Positions 50,501 through 62,700 of a DNA stretch of 64,000 bases are shown here, one piece after another. The notes beneath the pieces were generated by a model. The model was not told the DNA's origin, made no database searches, and worked only from the letters and a program-made list of their open reading frames with translations. The stretch is from the human T2T-CHM13v2.0 reference genome, Homo sapiens, in NCBI RefSeq assembly GCF_009914755.1, contig NC_060929.1. One strand, 5' to 3'. Within the stretch, counting starts at the first letter, position 1, and every line of letters begins with the position of its first letter. A program made the translations under genes and the position numbers.

Positions 50501-53500
50501 AAGATATCCCGTTTACAAAGAATTCCTCCGAGAGCTCTAAATATCTGGAAGCAGATTCTACAAAAGCAGTGCTTCAAACCTGCTCTATCAAAGGAAAGGT
50601 TCAGCTCCGGGAATTGAACACAAGCATCACAAAGGAGTTTCTGAGAATGCTTCTGTCTAGTGTTTCTATGAAGATAATTCTTTTTCTACCATAGGCAACA
50701 ATACGCTGCAAATGAACACTTGCAGATTTCACAAAAACTGTGTTTTAACACTGCTCTATCAAAACAAAGGTCCAAGTCTGTGAGTGGACTGCACACATCA
50801 CAAAGCAGTTTCTGAGAATGATTCTGTCTAGCTTTTTATGTAACGATATTTTCTTTCCACCATAGGCAACAAAGCACACGGAATGAAATCTTGCGGATTC
50901 TACAAAAAGTGTGTTTCAACACTGCTCTATCCAAAGAAAGGTTCGAGTCCGTGAGTTGAACGCACACAACAGAAAGCAGTTTCTGAGGATGCTTCTGTCT
51001 GGTTTGTATGTGAAGTCATTTCCTTTTCCATCTAAATAGCCTCAAATGGCTAAAAGATCCACTTGCAGATACTACAAAAAGACTTTCAAAACTGCTCTCT
51101 CAAAAGGAAGGTTCAACTGTGTGAGTTGAATGCACACATCACATAGCAGTTTTTGAGAACGCTTCTGTCTAGTTTGTATGTGAAGAGATTCCATTTACAA
51201 CGAATTCCTCAAAGAGCTCCAAATATCCACAAGCAGATTCTACAAAAGCAGTGTTTTGAAACTGCTCTATCGATAGAAAGGTTCAACTCTGTTAATTGAA
51301 CACACACATCCTAAGGAGTTTCTGAGAAACCTTCTGTCTAGTTTTTATTTGAAGATATTTCTTTTTCCACCATACGCAACAAGGCGCTCCAAAGGAACTC
51401 TTGCGGATTCTACAAAAAGCGTGTTTCTACACTGCTCTATCAAAAGAAAGTTTCAAGTCTGTGAGTTGAATTGCACACATCCCAGTGATCTTTTGGAAAA
51501 TGCATGGGTCTACTTTTCATGTGAAGATACCCGTTTCCAACGAATTCTTCAAAGAGTTCCAAGTATCCACAAGCAGATTCTACAAAAGGAGTGCTTAAAT
51601 GCTGGTCTATCTAAAGACAGATTCAACTCTGTTAGTTAAATGCACACATCTCAGTGAAGTTCCTGAGAATGCTTCTTTCTAGTTTTTATGTGAATATGTC
51701 TCCTTTTCCACCATAGGCTTCAAAGCGCTCCAAATGAGAACTGGCAGATCCTCATAAAAGACGGCCTCTAAACCGCTCTATCAAAAGAAGGGTTCCACTC
51801 CAAGAGGTGAATTCACATATCACGAAGAAGTTTCTGAGAATGCTTCTGTCCAATTTTTATGTGAGGATATTCCCTTTTCCATCATAGGACTCAAGTCGCT
51901 CTAAATATCCAATTTCAGATACTACAAAAAGACTGTTTCAAAACCGCTCTCTCAAAGGGAAGGTTCAAGTCCGTGAGTTGAATGCACACATCACAAAGCA
52001 GTTCCTGAGAATGCTTCTGTCTAATTTGTATCTCAAGTTATTTCCTTTTCCATCATAGGCCTCAAATCGCTCCAAATATCCACTTGCAAATACTACAAAA
52101 AGACTGTTTCGAAAGTTCTCTCTCAAAAGGAAGGTTCAACTCTGTGAGTTGAATGCACACATCACAAGGCAGTTTCTGAAAATGCTTCCGTCTAGTTTTT
52201 TATTTGAAGGTATTTCCTTTTCCTTCTTCGGCCTCAAATCACTGCAAATATCCACTTGCAGACACTACAAAAAGACTGTTTCAAAACCGCTCTCTCAAAA
52301 GGAAGGTTCGACTCTGTGAGTTGAATGCACACGTTACGAAGCAGTTTCTGAGAATGCTTCTGTCTATTTTTCAGGTGAAGATATCACTTTTTCCAACATA
52401 CGTAAAAAAGTACTGGAAATGAACACTTGCAGATTCTACAAAAAGTATGTTTCAACACTGCTCTATCAAAAGAAAGGTTCAACGATGTGAATTGAACACA
52501 CACATCACAAAGGAGTTTCAGAGAATGCTTCTGTCTAGTGTTTAAGTGACGACATTACCTTTTCCCACATAGGCAACAAAGCGCTCCAAATGAATACCTG
52601 GGGGTTCTACAACAAGTGTGTTTCAACACTGCTCTATCAAAAGAAAGTTTCAAGTCTGTGAGTTGAATGCACACATCACAACGAACTTTCTGAGAATGCT
52701 TGGGTCTACTTTTTATGTGAAGATACCCGTTTCCAACGAATAACTCAAAGAGTTCCAAATATACACAGTCAGATACTGCAAAAGGAGTGTTTCATTCCTG
52801 CTCTGTCAAAAGACAGTTTCAACTATGTTAGTTGAATGCACACATCTCAGTGAAGTTCCTGAGGAGGCTTCTGCCTAGTTTTTTGTGAAGATATTCCCTT
52901 TTCAACCATGGGCTTCACAGCGCTCCAAATGAAAACTTGCAGGTCCTACAAAAAGACTGATTCAAAACTGCTCTCTCAAAAGGAAGGTTCAACTGTGTGA
53001 GTTGAATGCACACATCACAAAGCAGTTCCTGAGAATGCTTCTGTCTAGTTTGTATGTGAAGATATTTCCTTTTCCATCATAGGCCTCAAATCGCTCCAAA
53101 TATCCACTTGCAGATACTACAAAAATACCGTTTCAACACTGCTCTCTCCAATGGAAGGTTCAACTCTGTGAGTTGAATGCACACATCACAAAGCAGTTTC
53201 TGAGAATGCTTCTGTCTAGTCTAGTTAGAATGTGAAGATATCCCGTTTACAAAGAATTCCTCCGAGAGCTCTAAATATCTGGAAGCAGATTCTACAAAAG
53301 CAGTGCTTCAAACCTGCTCTATCAAAGGAAAGGTTCAGCTCCGGGAATTGAACACAAGCATCACAAAGGAGTTTCTGAGAATGCTTCTGTCTAGTGTTTC
53401 TATGAAGATAATTCTTTTTCTACCATAGGCAACAATACGCTGCAAATGAACACTTGCAGATTTCACAAAAACTGTGTTTTAACACTGCTCTATCAAAACA

Positions 53501-56500
53501 AAGGTCCAAGTCTGTGAGTGGACTGCACACATCACAAAGCAGTTTCTGAGAATGATTCTGTCTAGCTTTTTATGTAACGATATTTTCTTTCCACCATAGG
53601 CAACAAAGCACACGGAATGAAATCTTGCGGATTCTACAAAAAGTGTGTTTCAACACTGCTCTATCCAAAGAAAGGTTCGAGTCCGTGAGTTGAACGCACA
53701 CAACAGAAAGCAGTTTCTGAGGATGCTTCTGTCTGGTTTGTATGTGAAGTCATTTCCTTTTCCATCTAAATAGCCTCAAATGGCTAAAAGATCCACTTGC
53801 AGATACTACAAAAAGACTTTCAAAACTGCTCTCTCAAAAGGAAGGTTCAACTGTGTGAGTTGAATGCACACATCACATAGCAGTTTTTGAGAACGCTTCT
53901 GTCTAGTTTGTATGTGAAGAGATTCCATTTACAACGAATTCCTCAAAGAGCTCCAAATATCCACAAGCAGATTCTACAAAAGCAGTGTTTTGAAACTGCT
54001 CTATCGATAGAAAGGTTCAACTCTGTTAATTGAACACACACATCCTAAGGAGTTTCTGAGAAACCTTCTGTCTAGTTTTTATTTGAAGATATTTCTTTTT
54101 CCACCATACGCAACAAGGCGCTCCAAAGGAACTCTTGCGGATTCTACAAAAAGCGTGTTTCTACACTGCTCTATCAAAAGAAAGTTTCAAGTCTGTGAGT
54201 TGAATTGCACACATCCCAGTGATCTTTCGGAAAATGCATGGGTCTACTTTTCATGTGAAGATACCCGTTTCCAACGAATTCTTCAAAGAGTTCCAAGTAT
54301 CCACAAGCAGATTCTACAAAAGGAGTGCTTAAATGCTGGTCTATCTAAAGACAGATTCAACTCTGTTAGTTAAATGCACACATCTCAGTGAAGTTCCTGA
54401 GAATGCTTCTTTCTAGTTTTTATGTGAATATGTCTCCTTTTCCACCATAGGCTTCAAAGCGCTCCAAATGAGAACTGGCAGATCCTCATAAAAGACGGCC
54501 TCTAAACCGCTCTATCAAAAGAAGGGTTCCACTCCAAGAGGTGAATTCACATATCACGAAGAAGTTTCTGAGAATGCTTCTGTCCAATTTTTATGTGAGG
54601 ATATTCCCTTTTCCATCATAGGACTCAAGTCGCTCTAAATATCCAATTTCAGATACTACAAAAAGACTGTTTCAAAACCGCTCTCTCAAAGGGAAGGTTC
54701 AAGTCCGTGAGTTGAATGCACACATCACAAAGCAGTTCCTGAGAATGCTTCTGTCTAATTTGTATCTCAAGTTATTTCCTTTTCCATCATAGGCCTCAAA
54801 TCGCTCCAAATATCCACTTGCAAATACTACAAAAAGACTGTTTCGAAAGTTCTCTCTCAAAAGGAAGGTTCAACTCTGTGAGTTGAATGCACACATCACA
54901 AGGCAGTTTCTGAAAATGCTTCCGTCTAGTTTTTTATTTGAAGGTATTTCCTTTTCCTTCTTCGGCCTCAAATCACTGCAAATATCCACTTGCAGACACT
55001 ACAAAAAGACTGTTTCAAAACCGCTCTCTCAAAAGGAAGGTTCGACTCTGTGAGTTGAATGCACACGTTACGAAGCAGTTTCTGAGAATGCTTCTGTCTA
55101 TTTTTCAGGTGAAGATATCACTTTTTCCAACATACGTAAAAAAGTACTGGAAATGAACACTTGCAGATTCTACAAAAAGTATGTTTCAACACTGCTCTAT
55201 CAAAAGAAAGGTTCAACGATGTGAATTGAACACACACATCACAAAGGAGTTTCAGAGAATGCTTCTGTCTAGTGTTTAAGTGACGACATTACCTTTTCCC
55301 ACATAGGCAACAAAGCGCTCCAAATGAATACCTGGGGGTTCTACAACAAGTGTGTTTCAACACTGCTCTATCAAAAGAAAGTTTCAAGTCTGTGAGTTGA
55401 ATGCACACATCACAACGAACTTTCTGAGAATGCTTGGGTCTACTTTTTATGTGAAGATACCCGTTTCCAACGAATAACTCAAAGAGTTCCAAATATACAC
55501 AGTCAGATACTGCAAAAGGAGTGTTTCATTCCTGCTCTGTCAAAAGACAGTTTCAACTATGTTAGTTGAATGCACACATCTCAGTGAAGTTCCTGAGGAG
55601 GCTTCTGCCTAGTTTTTTGTGAAGATATTCCCTTTTCAACCATGGGCTTCACAGCGCTCCAAATGAAAACTTGCAGGTCCTACAAAAAGACTGATTCAAA
55701 ACTGCTCTCTCAAAAGGAAGGTTCAACTGTGTGAGTTGAATGCACACATCACAAAGCAGTTCCTGAGAATGCTTCTGTCTAGTTTGTATGTGAAGATATT
55801 TCCTTTTCCATCATAGGCCTCAAATCGCTCCAAATATCCACTTGCAGATACTACAAAAATACCGTTTCAACACTGCTCTCTCCAATGGAAGGTTCAACTC
55901 TGTGAGTTGAATGCACACATCACAAAGCAGTTTCTGAGAATGCTTCTGTCTAGTCTAGTTAGAATGTGAAGATATCCCGTTTACAAAGAATTCCTCCGAG
56001 AGCTCTAAATATCTGGAAGCAGATTCTACAAAAGCAGTGCTTCAAACCTGCTCTATCAAAGGAAAGGTTCAGCTCCGGGAATTGAACACAAGCATCACAA
56101 AGGAGTTTCTGAGAATGCTTCTGTCTAGTGTTTCTATGAAGATAATTCTTTTTCTACCATAGGCAACAATACGCTGCAAATGAACACTTGCAGATTTCAC
56201 AAAAACTGTGTTTTAACACTGCTCTATCAAAACAAAGGTCCAAGTCTGTGAGTGGACTGCACACATCACAAAGCAGTTTCTGAGAATGATTCTGTCTAGC
56301 TTTTTATGTAACGATATTTTCTTTCCACCATAGGCAACAAAGCACACGGAATGAAATCTTGCGGATTCTACAAAAAGTGTGTTTCAACACTGCTCTATCC
56401 AAAGAAAGGTTCGAGTCCGTGAGTTGAACGCACACAACAGAAAGCAGTTTCTGAGGATGCTTCTGTCTGGTTTGTATGTGAAGTCATTTCCTTTTCCATC

Positions 56501-59400
56501 TAAATAGCCTCAAATGGCTAAAAGATCCACTTGCAGATACTACAAAAAGACTTTCAAAACTGCTCTCTCAAAAGGAAGGTTCAACTGTGTGAGTTGAATG
56601 CACACATCACATAGCAGTTTTTGAGAACGCTTCTGTCTAGTTTGTATGTGAAGAGATTCCATTTACAACGAATTCCTCAAAGAGCTCCAAATATCCACAA
56701 GCAGATTCTACAAAAGCAGTGTTTTGAAACTGCTCTATCGATAGAAAGGTTCAACTCTGTTAATTGAACACACACATCCTAAGGAGTTTCTGAGAAACCT
56801 TCTGTCTAGTTTTTATTTGAAGATATTTCTTTTTCCACCATACGCAACAAGGCGCTCCAAAGGAACTCTTGCGGATTCTACAAAAAGCGTGTTTCTACAC
56901 TGCTCTATCAAAAGAAAGTTTCAAGTCTGTGAGTTGAATTGCACACATCCCAGTGATCTTTCGGAAAATGCATGGGTCTACTTTTCATGTGAAGATACCC
57001 GTTTCCAACGAATTCTTCAAAGAGTTCCAAGTATCCACAAGCAGATTCTACAAAAGGAGTGCTTAAATGCTGGTCTATCTAAAGACAGATTCAACTCTGT
57101 TAGTTAAATGCACACATCTCAGTGAAGTTCCTGAGAATGCTTCTTTCTAGTTTTTATGTGAATATGTCTCCTTTTCCACCATAGGCTTCAAAGCGCTCCA
57201 AATGAGAACTGGCAGATCCTCATAAAAGACGGCCTCTAAACCGCTCTATCAAAAGAAGGGTTCCACTCCAAGAGGTGAATTCACATATCACGAAGAAGTT
57301 TCTGAGAATGCTTCTGTCCAATTTTTATGTGAGGATATTCCCTTTTCCATCATAGGACTCAAGTCGCTCTAAATATCCAATTTCAGATACTACAAAAAGA
57401 CTGTTTCAAAACCGCTCTCTCAAAGGGAAGGTTCAAGTCCGTGAGTTGAATGCACACATCACAAAGCAGTTCCTGAGAATGCTTCTGTCTAATTTGTATC
57501 TCAAGTTATTTCCTTTTCCATCATAGGCCTCAAATCGCTCCAAATATCCACTTGCAAATACTACAAAAAGACTGTTTCGAAAGTTCTCTCTCAAAAGGAA
57601 GGTTCAACTCTGTGAGTTGAATGCACACATCACAAGGCAGTTTCTGAAAATGCTTCCGTCTAGTTTTTTATTTGAAGGTATTTCCTTTTCCTTCTTCGGC
57701 CTCAAATCACTGCAAATATCCACTTGCAGACACTACAAAAAGACTGTTTCAAAACCGCTCTCTCAAAAGGAAGGTTCGACTCTGTGAGTTGAATGCACAC
57801 GTTACGAAGCAGTTTCTGAGAATGCTTCTGTCTATTTTTCAGGTGAAGATATCACTTTTTCCAACATACGTAAAAAAGTACTGGAAATGAACACTTGCAG
57901 ATTCTACAAAAAGTATGTTTCAACACTGCTCTATCAAAAGAAAGGTTCAACGATGTGAATTGAACACACACATCACAAAGGAGTTTCAGAGAATGCTTCT
58001 GTCTAGTGTTTAAGTGACGACATTACCTTTTCCCACATAGGCAACAAAGCGCTCCAAATGAATACCTGGGGGTTCTACAACAAGTGTGTTTCAACACTGC
58101 TCTATCAAAAGAAAGTTTCAAGTCTGTGAGTTGAATGCACACATCACAACGAACTTTCTGAGAATGCTTGGGTCTACTTTTTATGTGAAGATACCCGTTT
58201 CCAACGAATAACTCAAAGAGTTCCAAATATACACAGTCAGATACTGCAAAAGGAGTGTTTCATTCCTGCTCTGTCAAAAGACAGTTTCAACTATGTTAGT
58301 TGAATGCACACATCTCAGTGAAGTTCCTGAGGAGGCTTCTGCCTAGTTTTTTGTGAAGATATTCCCTTTTCAACCATGGGCTTCACAGCGCTCCAAATGA
58401 AAACTTGCAGGTCCTACAAAAAGACTGATTCAAAACTGCTCTCTCAAAAGGAAGGTTCAACTGTGTGAGTTGAATGCACACATCACAAAGCAGTTCCTGA
58501 GAATGCTTCTGTCTAGTTTGTATGTGAAGATATTTCCTTTTCCATCATAGGCCTCAAATCGCTCCAAATATCCACTTGCAGATACTACAAAAATACCGTT
58601 TCAACACTGCTCTCTCCAATGGAAGGTTCAACTCTGTGAGTTGAATGCACACATCACAAAGCAGTTTCTGAGAATGCTTCTGTCTAGTCTAGTTAGAATG
58701 TGAAGATATCCCGTTTACAAAGAATTCCTCCGAGAGCTCTAAATATCTGGAAGCAGATTCTACAAAAGCAGTGCTTCAAACCTGCTCTATCAAAGGAAAG
58801 GTTCAGCTCCGGGAATTGAACACAAGCATCACAAAGGAGTTTCTGAGAATGCTTCTGTCTAGTGTTTCTATGAAGATAATTCTTTTTCTACCATAGGCAA
58901 CAATACGCTGCAAATGAACACTTGCAGATTTCACAAAAACTGTGTTTTAACACTGCTCTATCAAAACAAAGGTCCAAGTCTGTGAGTGGACTGCACACAT
59001 CACAAAGCAGTTTCTGAGAATGATTCTGTCTAGCTTTTTATGTAACGATATTTTCTTTCCACCATAGGCAACAAAGCACACGGAATGAAATCTTGCGGAT
59101 TCTACAAAAAGTGTGTTTCAACACTGCTCTATCCAAAGAAAGGTTCGAGTCCGTGAGTTGAACGCACACAACAGAAAGCAGTTTCTGAGGATGCTTCTGT
59201 CTGGTTTGTATGTGAAGTCATTTCCTTTTCCATCTAAATAGCCTCAAATGGCTAAAAGATCCACTTGCAGATACTACAAAAAGACTTTCAAAACTGCTCT
59301 CTCAAAAGGAAGGTTCAACTGTGTGAGTTGAATGCACACATCACATAGCAGTTTTTGAGAACGCTTCTGTCTAGTTTGTATGTGAAGAGATTCCATTTAC
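38534..59400 (-). repeat. HOR haplotype layer C (copies 15-22), highly homogeneous, CENP-B box 2 inactivated
   Basis: Linked alleles TTTTCAACCATGG, TTTACAAAGAAT, CAGCTCCGGG, GTGAGTGGACT and AAAACTTGCAGGTCCTACAAAA in 8 consecutive copies. Confidence 0.88.
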
Positions 59401-59745
59401 AACGAATTCCTCAAAGAGCTCCAAATATCCACAAGCAGATTCTACAAAAGCAGTGTTTTGAAACTGCTCTATCGATAGAAAGGTTCAACTCTGTTAATTG
59501 AACACACACATCCTAAGGAGTTTCTGAGAAACCTTCTGTCTAGTTTTTATTTGAAGATATTTCTTTTTCCACCATACGCAACAAGGCGCTCCAAAGGAAC
59601 TCTTGCGGATTCTACAAAAAGCGTGTTTCTACACTGCTCTATCAAAAGAAAGTTTCAAGTCTGTGAGTTGAATTGCACACATCCCAGTGATCTTTCGGAA
59701 AATGCATGGGTCTACTTTTCATGTGAAGATACCCGTTTCCAACGA

Positions 59746-62700
59746 CTTCTTCAAAGAGTTCCAAGTATCCACAAGCAGATTCTACAAAAGGAGTGCTTAA
59801 ATGCTGGTCTATCTAAAGACAGATTCAACTCTGTTAGTTAAATGCACACATCTCAGTGAAGTTCCTGAGAATGCTTCTTTCTAGTTTTTATGTGAATATG
59901 TCTCCTTTTCCACCATAGGCTTCAAAGCACTCCAAATGAGAACTGGCAGATACTCTTAAAAGACGGCCTCTAAACCGCTCTATCAAAAGAAGGGTTCCAC
60001 TCCAAGAGGTGAATTCACATATCACGAAGAAGTTTCTGAGAATGCTTCTGTCCAATTTTTATGTGAGGATATTCCCTTTTCCATCATAGGACTCAAGTCG
60101 CTCTAAATATCCAATTTCAGATACTACAAAAAGACTGTTTCAAAACCGCTCTCTCAAAGGGAAGGTTCAAGTCCGTGAGTTGAATGCACACATCACAAAG
60201 CAGTTCCTGAGAATGCTTCTGTCTAATTTGTATCTCAAGTTATTTCCTTTTCCATCATAGGCCTCAAATCGCTCCAAATATCCACTTGCAAATACTACAA
60301 AAAGACTGTTTCGAAAGTTCTCTCTCAAAAGGAAGGTTCAACTCTGTGAGTTGAATGCACTCATCACAAGGCAGTTTCTGAAAATGCTTCCGTCTAGTTT
60401 TTTATTTGAAGGTATTTCCTTTTCCTTCTTCGGCCTCAAATCACTGCAAATATCCACTTGCAGACACTACAAAAAGACTGTTTCAAAACCGCTCTCTCAA
60501 AAGGAAGGTTCGACTCTGTGAGTTGAATGCACACGTTACGAAGCAGTTTCTGAGAATGCTTCTGTCTAATTTTCAGGTGAAGATATCACTTTTTCCAACA
60601 TACGTAAAAAAGTACTGGAAATGAACACTTGCAGATTCTACAAAAAGTATGTTTCAACACTGCTCTATCAAAAGAAAGGTTCAACGATGTGAATTGAACA
60701 CACACATCACAAAGGAGTTTCAGAGAATGCTTCTGTCTAGTGTTTAAGTGACGATATTACCTTTTCCCACATAGGCAACAAAGCGCTCCAAATGAATACT
60801 TGGGGGTTCTACAACAAGTGTGTTTCAACACTGCTCTATCAAAAGAAAGTTTCAAGTCTGTGAGTTGAATGCACACATCACAACGAACTTTCTGAGAATG
60901 CTTGGGTCTACTTTTTATGTGAAGATACCCGTTTCCAACGAATAACTCAAAGAGTTCCAAATATACACAGTCAGATACTGCAAAAGGAGTGTTTCATTCC
61001 TGCTCTGTCAAAAGACAGTTTCAACTATGTTAGTTGAATGCACACATCTCAATGAAGTTCCTGAGGAGGCTTCTGCCTAGTTTTTTGTGAAGATATTCCC
61101 TTTTCCACCATGGGCTTCACAGCGCTCCAAATGAAAAATTCCGGGTCCTACCAAAAGACTGATTCAAAACTGCTCTCTCAAAAGGAAGGTTCAACTGTGT
61201 GAGTTGAATGCACACATCACAAAGCAGTTCCTGAGAATGCTTCTGTCTAGTTTGTATGTGAAGATATTTCCTTTTCCACCATAGGCCTCCAATCGCTCCA
61301 AATATCCACTTGCAGATACTACAAAAATACCGTTTCAACACTGCTCTCTCCAATGGAAGGTTCAACTCTGTGAGTTGAATGCACACATCACAAAGCAGTT
61401 TCTGAGAATGCTTCTGTCTAGTCTAGTTAGAATGTGAAGATATCCCGTTTACAACGAATTCCTCCGAGAGCTCTAAATATCTGGAAGCAGATTCTACAAA
61501 AGCAGTGCTTCAAACCTGCTCTATCAAAGGAAAGGTTCAGCTCGGGGAATTGAACACAAGCATCACAAAGGAGTTTCTGAGAATGCTTCTGTCTAGTGTT
61601 TCTATGAAGATAATTCTTTTTCTACCATAGGCAACAATACGATGCAAATGAACACTTGCAGATTTCACAAAAACTGTGTTTTAACACTGCTCTATCAAAA
61701 CAAAGGTCCAAGTCTGTGAGTTGACTGCACACATCACAAAGCAGTTTCTGAGAATGATTCTGTCTAGCTTTTTATGTAACGATATTTTCTTCCCACCATA
61801 GGCAACAAAGCACACGGAATGAAATCTTGCGGATTCTACAAAAAGTGTGTTTCAACACTGCTCTATCCAAAGAAAGGTTCGAGTCCGTGAGTTGAACGCA
61901 CACAACAGAAAGCAGTTTCTGAGGATGCTTCTGTCTGGTTTGTATGTGAAGGCATTTCCTTTTCCATCTAAATAGCCTCAAATGGCTAAAAGATCCACTT
62001 GCAGATGCTACAAAAAGACTTTCAAAACTGCTCTCTCAAAAGGAAGGTTCAACTGTGTGAGTTGAATGCACACATCACATAGCAGTTTTTGAGAACGCTT
62101 CTTTCTAGTTTGTATGTGAAGAGATTCCATTTACAATGAATTCCTCAAAGAGCTCCAAATATCCACAAGCAGATTCTACAAAAGCAGTGTTTTGAAACTG
62201 CTCTATCAATAGAAAGGTTCAACTCTGTTAATTGAACACACACATCCTAAGGAGTTTCTGAGAAACCTTCTGTCTAGTTTTTATTTGAAGATATTTCTTT
62301 TTCCACCATACGCAACAAGGCGCTCCAAAGGAACTCTTGCGGATTCTACAAAAAGCGTGTTTCTACACTGCTCTATCAAAAGAAAGTTTCAAGTCTGTGA
62401 GTTGAATTGCACACATCCCAGTGATCTTTCGGAAAATGCATGGGTCTACTTTTCATGAGAAGATACCCGTTTCCAACGACTTCTTCAAAGAGTTCCAAGT
62501 ATCCACAAGCAGATTCTACAAAAGGAGTGCTTAAATGCTGGTCTATCTAAAGACAGATTCAACTCTGTTAGTTAAATGCACACATCTCAGTGAAGTTCCT
62601 GAGAATGCTTCTTTCTAGTTTTTATGTGAATATGTCTCCTTTTCCACCATAGGCTTCAAAGCGCTCCAAATGAGAACTGGCAGATCCTCTTAAAAGACGG

